A stretch of 64,000 nt of DNA from Candidatus Latescibacterota bacterium. GTDB lineage: Bacteria; Latescibacterota; UBA2968; UBA8231. Position 1 is the first letter of the stretch. Every line of letters starts with the position of its first letter. Below, in pieces: positions 49,950-57,815 of this stretch. The notes under the pieces were generated by a model, which was given only the letters and a program-made list of their open reading frames with translations, made no database searches and had not been told where the DNA came from. Location: positions 960,001 to 1,024,000 of the forward strand of contig OZ252098.1 in the NCBI GenBank assembly GCA_965248355.1, read 5' to 3'. The translations under genes were made by a program, and so were the position numbers.

Positions 49950-51155
49950 ATGCAATCGACGGCCGGGAAGCCGGTTTCCGAGCTGCAGGTCCCCTGGGCC
50001 GCCTGGTACCGCAAGGAGCCGCTGACTCTGAGCTTCCCGGAGGGCTGGGAGGTGACGGTACGCCGGATGCGAGGCGGCATGGACATCGGCGACGCCGGCA
50101 TCCGCGAGGCCCTGGCCGAGCCGATCGGGGCTCCCCCTCTGCGGGAGCACGCCAGGGGCCGGACCAGCGCCGCCATCCTGGTGGACGACCTCTCCCGTCC
50201 GACGCCCGCCTTTCGGGTGCTGCCCTACATCCTCGAAGAGCTGCACGCCGCGGGCCTCGAGGACGACGGCATCACCATCATCTGCGCCCTGGCCGCCCAC
50301 CGGCCCATGACCCGGGACGACTTCGTCAAGAAGCTCGGCGCCGAGATCGTCGAGCGCTATCGCGTGATCAACCACAACGCCTACGAGAACCTGGAGTTCC
50401 TGGGGTACACGAGTCTCGGCGTGCCGGTTTTCGTCAACCGCGATCTGATGGGCTGTCAGGTGCGCATCGCGTCGGGCATGATCACGCCCCGGGGGGGCAT
50501 GTTCGGCGGCGGCGCCAAGCTGCTGATCCCCGGCGCCTGCGGTCAGCAGACCATCCTTCTCAACCACCGGTACGTTCACGGCGAGGCCTTCAGGCCCCAT
50601 CTGGACGAGGTCGCGGCGATGGCCGGCCTCGACTATATCGTCAACCCGCTGCTGAACGAGCGCCTCGAGATCATGGGGCTCGTGGCCGGCGACGTGACCG
50701 CCGCTTTCGAGCGCGGCTGCCAGTTGGGTGCCGAGATGTACGGCACGCCCATGCCGGCGGCCGGCTCGGTGGACGTGGGCATCTTCAACGCCTTCCCGAA
50801 GGACACGGAGCTGTGTCAGGCAGGTCTGGCCCTGGTGCCCCTCGGCAGCTGCCCTCACGACCCGATGGCCGAGGGCGGCACCATCGTCATCGCCAGCGCC
50901 TGCCCCGAGGGGCTCGGCTGGCACTCCGTCCTCGGCCCGGGGACCGCACTGCGCGCCAGTCCGCAGCCTCCGCAGCACCGCACCTTGATGTTCTCCCCGG
51001 GGGTGAACCGGTACGACTGCCAGGCCCTGTACGGGGAGCACGTGAAGCTGTTCCGGAATTGGGAGGATCTCGTCGGCCAGCTGCAGGCGGTCCACGGCAA
51101 CAGCGCCCGGGTCTCGGTCTTCCCTTCCGGCGCCCTGCAGATGGCCGCCCCCTGA
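49950..51155 (+). CDS. Lactate racemase (LarA)-superfamily protein
   Basis: AL-x2-PIG-x2-PL, ILVDDLSRPTP, ALAAHRPM, GGGAKLLIPG, LNH. Confidence 0.8.
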   Translation: MQSTAGKPVSELQVPWAAWYRKEPLTLSFPEGWEVTVRRMRGGMDIGDAGIREALAEPIGAPPLREHARGRTSAAILVDDLSRPTPAFRVLPYILEELHAAGLEDDGITIICALAAHRPMTRDDFVKKLGAEIVERYRVINHNAYENLEFLGYTSLGVPVFVNRDLMGCQVRIASGMITPRGGMFGGGAKLLIPGACGQQTILLNHRYVHGEAFRPHLDEVAAMAGLDYIVNPLLNERLEIMGLVAGDVTAAFERGCQLGAEMYGTPMPAAGSVDVGIFNAFPKDTELCQAGLALVPLGSCPHDPMAEGGTIVIASACPEGLGWHSVLGPGTALRASPQPPQHRTLMFSPGVNRYDCQALYGEHVKLFRNWEDLVGQLQAVHGNSARVSVFPSGALQMAAP

Positions 51156-51187
51156 ACCACACCACAAGAAGGTCAGGAGCGTGTCGA

Positions 51188-51958
51188 ATTCTGAAGTCTT
51201 TCGACCTGGACGGCCGGATCGTGGCCGTCACCGGCGCCGGCCGGGGGATCGGCCGCACCATCGCCCTGGACGCGGTGCGTGCCGGCGCCCGCGTCGCCGT
51301 GGGCAGTCGGACGGTCAGCGAGTTGGAGAGCCTCAAAGGACGCATCGAGGCCATGGGAGGGGAGTGCTTCGTCCAGGTTCTCGACGTGACCGACGTCGCC
51401 TCTATCGAGGCCTTCTTCGAGGCCGTGGACGACCACTACGAGGGCCTCCATGTCCTGGTCAACAACGCCGGGTACAACAAGCTGGGGAAGATCCTGGACT
51501 ACGACGAGGCTCTCTACGACCTGATCGTCGACACGAATCTGAAGAACGTGTTCTTCTGCAGCCAGGCGGCCGCGAAGCGGATGATCGCCAGGAACATCCG
51601 CGGCAGCATCGTCAACATCTCGTCCCAGGCGGGCGTGGTGGGGGCACCGGAGCGCGGGCCCTATTCGGGAGCCAAAGGCGGGGTCAACAACCTGACCCGG
51701 ACGGCGGCCGCCGAGTGGGCGGAGCACGGAATCCGGGTCAACGCCGTGGCCCCCACGGTGACCCGGTCGCCTCTGGCTCAGAGGGCCATGGAAGACAGCC
51801 AGGCCTTTGCCGACGCCGTGAAGACCAAGAACCTGCTGCGCGGCGACCTGGCCGAGCCGGAGGAGATCTCGGCTCCCGTGATCTTCCTGGCCTCCGATGC
51901 TGCCAGCATGATCACCGGCCACGTCCTCGTGGTCGACGGGGGGTGGACCATCGTCTGA
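51188..51958 (+). CDS. Short-chain dehydrogenase/reductase
   Basis: VTGAGRGIG, LVNNAG, YSGAK, RVNAVAP, VDGG; start codon unresolved. Confidence 0.9.
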   Translation: MLKSFDLDGRIVAVTGAGRGIGRTIALDAVRAGARVAVGSRTVSELESLKGRIEAMGGECFVQVLDVTDVASIEAFFEAVDDHYEGLHVLVNNAGYNKLGKILDYDEALYDLIVDTNLKNVFFCSQAAAKRMIARNIRGSIVNISSQAGVVGAPERGPYSGAKGGVNNLTRTAAAEWAEHGIRVNAVAPTVTRSPLAQRAMEDSQAFADAVKTKNLLRGDLAEPEEISAPVIFLASDAASMITGHVLVVDGGWTIV

Positions 51959-51999
51959 GGCAGGGTCCAGGCGACGTCGAGCCTGCTCTCCGCCGGACG

Positions 52000-53145
52000 T
52001 CACGGCCGCTCTACTCTCCCAGGTGCGGTCCTCCGCAATCCCTCGCTCTGCCAGCCGCGGCGGTCGTCCAGCATCCCGTCCAGGTCGCGAAGGGCGGAGG
52101 CTACGGCGGCCCGGGGTTCTCGGGCCAAGTCGGCCAGGAGTTCCACGAGTCCGGCCGCGTCCGCCACGGAAATCGCCTCCGGCCGCAGCCCATCCCCGCC
52201 GTGGTTGTGGTAGTTCTCGAGAGGCAGGGCTACCGCTCCCGCGGTGATACCGGCGCGGCACAAGGCCGTCGCTTCGCAGGTCCCACCGTCCATCAGCCGC
52301 CTCTGGTACCGGAATCCGGGCCGCTTCCTCCGCAGTCCTTCGGCCGCCGCGGCCAGGGCTGCGGTGACGGAAGCGTCGAAGACCCAGCGCCGGTCACCGA
52401 CGCGGATGACGGGGCCTTGGCCGAGGGGAGCGCCGGCGCGGCAGGAGGAGCATTCGATGTTGACGTAGAGGGCGCCGGGGTCGAGATGCCCGCCGTCCGC
52501 GGCGGCGAGCATCCCGCCGAAGCCGGTCTCCTCGGCCCGGGTCAGCAGAACGCCGATCCCGTTCCCGTCGGTGTCGTCGGCGCGCAGGAGTTCGAGGACC
52601 GAAAGAGCCACGGCCGCACCGGCCAGATCATCGCAGGCGCGGCCCCGAAGCCTCCGTCCGGACACCTCGAAGCCGGGCAGGTCCCAGGTGGCGAAGGTCC
52701 CTCCTGCCTCGGCCGCGGGAGCCGGGCCGTCCAGGCGCACCCGAAAGGCGGGCCGTGTTCCGGCGTCGCCCGGGACTCCGTCCTCCAGAAAGGCCATGAC
52801 CCGGCCGCTGGCGATCGGCTCGCGGGACTCGTGGCCGTAAGCGAGCACGCGGGCCCCCCGGGTCAACTCGGTTGGAATGCCGCCCAGGGAATGAAAGAAC
52901 CAGTCGCCGCCGTCCCGAGCTGCCAGGGACAGCCCGGGATGGTCGAGGTGAGCGGTGAGGACGATCCCTGGCGGCTCCTTGCCAAGGCGCAGATGGAGGT
53001 TTCCGAAAGGGTCGGCCAGGCAGATCAGGTCGGGCCGCTCTTCGACGAATCGCCGAATCTCCGAGAGGACCAGGTGCTCGTGAAAGGGCGCGGTGGGAAT
53101 GGGGAGGAACCGCCGCGCCATGTGCAGATAGAGATCGGTGTTCAA
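52000..53145 (-). CDS. M42/M20-family metallopeptidase
   Basis: DPFGNL, TAHLDHPG, RACDDLAG, TRAEETG, GGTCEA, NYHN. Confidence 0.82.
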   Translation of the reverse strand: MNTDLYLHMARRFLPIPTAPFHEHLVLSEIRRFVEERPDLICLADPFGNLHLRLGKEPPGIVLTAHLDHPGLSLAARDGGDWFFHSLGGIPTELTRGARVLAYGHESREPIASGRVMAFLEDGVPGDAGTRPAFRVRLDGPAPAAEAGGTFATWDLPGFEVSGRRLRGRACDDLAGAAVALSVLELLRADDTDGNGIGVLLTRAEETGFGGMLAAADGGHLDPGALYVNIECSSCRAGAPLGQGPVIRVGDRRWVFDASVTAALAAAAEGLRRKRPGFRYQRRLMDGGTCEATALCRAGITAGAVALPLENYHNHGGDGLRPEAISVADAAGLVELLADLAREPRAAVASALRDLDGMLDDRRGWQSEGLRRTAPGRVERP

Positions 53146-53213
53146 GGGGCTCGCCTTCCGCGGAGGAGAACTGGTTCGAAAGGGTATCCGGCGGCGGTCC
53201 GGGGTCAAGCGGA

Positions 53214-53243
53214 TTGCTCCCGGGGAATCGCGTCGACTACCTT
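53214..53243 (+). promoter_or_regulatory. Putative promoter of paralog 1
   Basis: TTGCTC-18 nt-TACCTT; same layout before paralog 2. Confidence 0.55.
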
Positions 53244-53278
53244 GAGACGCTCCTGGCGGTCAGGAGGCCCGAGGCCGA

Positions 53279-55435
53279 GTGAGAAGAGGGATTCCACAGG
53301 AGTACAGCGACCATCTGGCCACGCGCCGGGAGCGCGTGCTGGGAGGGAGCGGCGAGCGCCTCTCCTTCCGCGCCTTCTGGGTCGGCGGCTTCCTGGCGTT
53401 CTTCCTGGCCGTGGGCGCCCCCTACGGCAACATGATCATCCGCGGGTCCTACATGGCCCTCGACTTCAGCACCCCCGGGGCCATCTTCCTGTTCCTCTTC
53501 CTGATCGGTCTTCTCAACTGCGCTTTCAAGCTCGCCCGTCAACCTTCCGTGGCCATCGGCCTCGCCGGCTCGGCCACGGCGGCGTGGCTGGTGGTCTACG
53601 GGCCGGCCATCACCGACCTCGACTTCTACTCTCCGGGTCTGATGCTGGCCACCTTCCTGGTGCTGACCACGTGGCTCAACCTGCCCGTGGTGCTCCGCGG
53701 CGGAAGCCTGGCCCTGAACCGCTCGGAGCTGGTGCTGGTCTACGCCATGCTGCTCATCGTCTCGGCCTTGTGCACCATGGGCCTGGGCGAGCAGATCCTG
53801 CCCGTCATCACGGCGATCTTCTACTTCGCCTCACCGGAGAACCAGTGGACGGAGAAGCTCTTTCCCCATCTGCCGTCGCGGGCCATGGTCGACGACGGCA
53901 CGGACAGCCGGCTGTTCTACGAGGGACTGTCCGGTCCGGAGGACGTGATACCGTACGCGTCCTGGGTGGAGCCCCTTCTGTGGTGGGGGATCTTTCTGCT
54001 GGCCCTGTACGTGATGATGGTCTCGGTGGCGGTGATTCTGCGCCGCCAGTGGATGGAGCGGGAGCGACTGGCCTACCCGATCGCGCAGGTGGGCCTGTCC
54101 ATGATCCGCTCAGAGCACCCCGACCAGGCGGTCAACGGGTTCTTCAAGCAGCCGGTCATGTGGATGGGGGCGGCCCTGCCCCTTGTCGTCGGCAGCCTGA
54201 AGGCCCTGAACCGCTACTACTCCGCAGTGCCGGTCCCGCCTACGACATGGTCCCTGCCCTTCCTGGGCTACCAGACCCTGCAGCTGACGATCAGCTTCGC
54301 CATGCTCGGGTTCTCCTACTTCATCAACGCCAACATCGCCGCCGGCATCTGGTTCTTCCACCTGTTCTCGAAGGTGGAGAAGCACGCGCTTCTGTTCACG
54401 GGGCTGCAGTCGACCCAAAAAATCACCTTCGGCGTCTCCGACTACCCCTTCCTCGGCTACCAGGGGGTGGGAGCGCTGTTGGCCATGGTGGTCGTCGGCC
54501 TGTGGGTGGGCCGCGAGCACTATTGGCGGGTGCTGCTCAAGGCCGTCGGCCGCGCCCCCGAGGTCAGGGACGACGACGAGATCCTCTCCTACCGGAGCGC
54601 CGTGGCCGGCGGCGCGGGCGGCACTGCCGTCATGGCGTGGTGGCTGTGGTTCATGGGGACTCCCCTGTGGGTGGCCCTGGTGTTCGTCGTCCTGGCCATT
54701 CTGATCTTCATCGGCATCACCCGGATCGTGACCGAGGCCGGCCTGGCGGCCATCCGCGCGCCGATGATCGCAAGCGAGCTGGTGGTCCAGGGGATGGGGT
54801 CCTCCCTGGTTGGCCCCGCGGGGGTGATGAACCTCTCGCTGACCTACATCTGGGCTGCCGACATCCGCGTCTTCGTCATGGCCACGTCCTCCAACGCGCT
54901 GAAGATGATCGAGGAGATGGAGCCCCGGAACCGCCGCATCGTGTTCTGGGCCATGATCGCCGCCATGTTCATCGGGGCCGCCGGGTCCTTGTGGATGATC
55001 TTCCACATGGCCTACCGCCACGGGGGCATCAACCTGGAGAGCTGGTTCTTCCAGGGGCTGCCCCGGACCGCGTACGACGCCGCCGTGCGCAACATCGAGC
55101 CCCAGGGGGCCTACTGGCCGGGGCTGGGCTTCTTCGGCGGAGGCATCGGCGCCATGGTGGCCATGATGTGGCTGCGCCAGCGCCTGCCCTGCTGGCCCGT
55201 CCACCCCATCGGCTTCCCCATAGGCGCCAACAGCATGATGAACTACGTCTGGTTCAACGTCTTCGTGGCGTGGATCGTCAAACGCACGGTGCTGCGCTAC
55301 GGGGGTGCCAGCGCCTACCACGGCAGCCAGCACTTCTTTCTGGGACTGATCGCCGGCCAGGTCCTGTGCAACGGCTTGTGGCTGGTGATCGACTACTTCA
55401 CCGGCAAGGTGGGCAACTCCATCTTCTGGGTATGA
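53279..55435 (+). CDS. Polytopic membrane protein, OPT-like (probably DUF6785/DUF6784 family), paralog 1
   Basis: 718 aa, many TM segments, LNRSELVLVY, RRQWMERERLAYPIAQ, WPVHPIG; GTG start after GGAGG. Confidence 0.85.
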   Translation: MRRGIPQEYSDHLATRRERVLGGSGERLSFRAFWVGGFLAFFLAVGAPYGNMIIRGSYMALDFSTPGAIFLFLFLIGLLNCAFKLARQPSVAIGLAGSATAAWLVVYGPAITDLDFYSPGLMLATFLVLTTWLNLPVVLRGGSLALNRSELVLVYAMLLIVSALCTMGLGEQILPVITAIFYFASPENQWTEKLFPHLPSRAMVDDGTDSRLFYEGLSGPEDVIPYASWVEPLLWWGIFLLALYVMMVSVAVILRRQWMERERLAYPIAQVGLSMIRSEHPDQAVNGFFKQPVMWMGAALPLVVGSLKALNRYYSAVPVPPTTWSLPFLGYQTLQLTISFAMLGFSYFINANIAAGIWFFHLFSKVEKHALLFTGLQSTQKITFGVSDYPFLGYQGVGALLAMVVVGLWVGREHYWRVLLKAVGRAPEVRDDDEILSYRSAVAGGAGGTAVMAWWLWFMGTPLWVALVFVVLAILIFIGITRIVTEAGLAAIRAPMIASELVVQGMGSSLVGPAGVMNLSLTYIWAADIRVFVMATSSNALKMIEEMEPRNRRIVFWAMIAAMFIGAAGSLWMIFHMAYRHGGINLESWFFQGLPRTAYDAAVRNIEPQGAYWPGLGFFGGGIGAMVAMMWLRQRLPCWPVHPIGFPIGANSMMNYVWFNVFVAWIVKRTVLRYGGASAYHGSQHFFLGLIAGQVLCNGLWLVIDYFTGKVGNSIFWV

Positions 55436-55590
55436 TGACCAGCCGCGGTCGAGCGCCATCGAGGTACGGCCGTCGGGGCCGGGCACCACCTGAGGGTTGC
55501 GGGACATGGCGCAATCCGGGTTCCGTCGGGCCCTCACGCGGGCACCGATGTCACCAGGGCTATCCGGTCGACGCCGCCGGGCCGGGTGAA

Positions 55591-55620
55591 TTGCACTGGG
55601 AGAACCGCGGCGACTACCTT
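55591..55620 (+). promoter_or_regulatory. Putative promoter of paralog 2
   Basis: TTGCAC-18 nt-TACCTT. Confidence 0.55.
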
Positions 55621-55658
55621 GAGCCGCTCTCCTGCGTGGTACGGAGGCCAGGGACGAG

Positions 55659-57815
55659 TTGAAGAGAGGGATACCCCAGCAGTACGAGGACCATCTCTCC
55701 GCGCGCCTCGAGCGCATGCTGGGCGGGAGCGGCGAGCGCCTCTCCTTCCGTGCCTTCTGGATCGGCGGCTTCCTCTCCTTCTTCCTGGCCGTGGGCGCCC
55801 CCTACGGCAACATGATCATCCGGGGCTCCTTCATGGCCCTCGACTTCAGCACCCCCGGGGCCATCTTCCTGTTCCTGTTCCTCATCGGTCTTCTCAACAG
55901 CGCCTTCAAGCTCGCCCGGCGGCCTCCCGTGGCCCTCGGTCTCGCCGCCTCGTCCACGGCGGCGTGGCTGGTGGTCTACAGGCCGGCCATCACCGACTTC
56001 GACCTCTACTCCCCCGGTCTGATGATGGCCACCTTCCTGGTGGTGACCACCTGGCTCAACCTGCCCGTGGTGCTCCGCGGCGGCAGCCTGGCCCTGAACC
56101 GCTCGGAGCTGGTCCTGGTCTACGCCATGCTGGTCATCGTCTCGGCCCTGTGCACCATGGGCCTGACCGAGCAGATCCTGCCCATCATCACGGCCATTTT
56201 CTACTTCGCCTCGCCGGGGAACCAGTGGGCCGAGAAGCTCTTCCCGCACCTGCCGGAGCGGGTGATGGTCGACGACGGCACGGACAGCCGCCAGTTCTAC
56301 GAGGGCCTCTCCGGTCCGGAGGAGACGGTTCCCTATGGGGCCTGGGTGGAGCCGCTCGTGTGGTGGGGGATCTTCCTGCTGGCCCTGTACGTGATGATGG
56401 TCTCGGTAGCGGTGATTCTGCGCCGCCAGTGGATGGAGCGGGAGCGCCTGGCCTACCCGATCGCGCAGGTGGGCCTGTCCATGATCCGCTCCGAGTACCC
56501 CGACCGGGCGGTCAACGGGTTCTTCAAGCAGCCGGTCATGTGGCTGGGGGCGGCCCTGCCCCTGGTCACCGGCAGCCTGAGGGGCCTGAGCTTCTATGAG
56601 GCGGTCGTGCCCACGACGCGTCTGGAGTGGCATCTCCCCTTCATCGGCCGCCAGACCCTGCATCTGAGCGTCAACTTCGCCGTCCTCGGGTTCTCCTACT
56701 TCATCAACGCCAACATCGCCGCCGGCATCTGGTTCTTCCATCTCCTCTCGACTGCGGAAAAGCAGTTGCTCATCCTCACCGGGCTGCAGTCGTCCCAGAA
56801 GATCGGTCTCGGCGTCTCCGACTACCCCTTCCTCGGGTACCAGGGGGTGGGGGCGCTGCTGGCCATGGTGGTGGTCGGCCTGTGGGTGGGCCGCGAGCAC
56901 TACTGGCGGGTCCTGCGCAAGGCCGTCGGCCGGGCCCCCGAAGTCCGCGACGACGACGAGATCCTCTCCTACCGGGGCGCCGTGGCCGGGGCCCTGGGAG
57001 GCACCGCCGTCATGACGGCCTGGCTGTGGTACATGGGGACCCCCTTGTGGGTAGCCCTGCTCTTTCTGCTCGTGGCGGTCCTGATCTTCATCGGAATCAC
57101 GCGGATCGTGACCGAGGCCGGCCTGTCGGTCGTCCGCGGGCCGATGATCGCCGGCGACCTCGTGGTCCAGGGAGTCGGTTCCTCCCTGATCGGCCCCGCG
57201 GGGGTGATGAACCTCGCCTTGGCCCACGTCTGGGCCGCCGACATCCGTGTCTTCGTCATGGGCACGGCCTCCAACGCCCTGAAGATGATCGAGGAGATGG
57301 AGCCCCGGAACCGCCGCACCGTGTTCTGGTCCATGATCGCCGCCCTCTTCATCGGCGCCGCTGGCTCCATGTGGATGATCTTCCACATGGCCTATCTCCA
57401 CGGGGCCATCAACCTGAACGGCTGGTTTTTCCAGGGGCTGCCTAGGTACGCCTACGATGCGGCCCTGCGCAACATGGAGCCCCAGGGGACGTACTGGCCC
57501 GGGCTGGGCTTCTTCGGCGGCGGGGCCGGCGCCATGGTCACCCTCATGTGGCTGCGCCAGCGCCTGCCCTGGTGGCCCGTCCATCCCATCGGTCTATCCA
57601 TCGCCGCCACGCCCATGATGAACCGCCTCTGGTTCAACGTCTTCCTGGCCTGGGCGGTCAAGCGAGCCGTCCTGCGGTACGGCGGCGCCACCGGCTACCA
57701 GAGGAGCCAGCCCTTTTTTCTCGGGCTGATCAGCGGCCAGGTCCTGTGCAGTGGAGGCTGGCTGGTGATCGACTACTTCACCGGCAGGGTGGGCAACTAC
57801 CTTTACGAGATATGA
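55659..57815 (+). CDS. Polytopic membrane protein, OPT-like (probably DUF6785/DUF6784 family), paralog 2
   Basis: 718 aa, colinear and highly similar to 53279-55435; TTG start after GGAGG. Confidence 0.85.
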   Translation: MKRGIPQQYEDHLSARLERMLGGSGERLSFRAFWIGGFLSFFLAVGAPYGNMIIRGSFMALDFSTPGAIFLFLFLIGLLNSAFKLARRPPVALGLAASSTAAWLVVYRPAITDFDLYSPGLMMATFLVVTTWLNLPVVLRGGSLALNRSELVLVYAMLVIVSALCTMGLTEQILPIITAIFYFASPGNQWAEKLFPHLPERVMVDDGTDSRQFYEGLSGPEETVPYGAWVEPLVWWGIFLLALYVMMVSVAVILRRQWMERERLAYPIAQVGLSMIRSEYPDRAVNGFFKQPVMWLGAALPLVTGSLRGLSFYEAVVPTTRLEWHLPFIGRQTLHLSVNFAVLGFSYFINANIAAGIWFFHLLSTAEKQLLILTGLQSSQKIGLGVSDYPFLGYQGVGALLAMVVVGLWVGREHYWRVLRKAVGRAPEVRDDDEILSYRGAVAGALGGTAVMTAWLWYMGTPLWVALLFLLVAVLIFIGITRIVTEAGLSVVRGPMIAGDLVVQGVGSSLIGPAGVMNLALAHVWAADIRVFVMGTASNALKMIEEMEPRNRRTVFWSMIAALFIGAAGSMWMIFHMAYLHGAINLNGWFFQGLPRYAYDAALRNMEPQGTYWPGLGFFGGGAGAMVTLMWLRQRLPWWPVHPIGLSIAATPMMNRLWFNVFLAWAVKRAVLRYGGATGYQRSQPFFLGLISGQVLCSGGWLVIDYFTGRVGNYLYEI

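Noticed and set aside
51181..55662. 1493-aa ORF
   Set aside because: Off-frame shadow ORF rich in Arg/Gly/Pro, overlapping the SDR, the peptidase and paralog 1, which have clear motifs; typical of high-GC DNA
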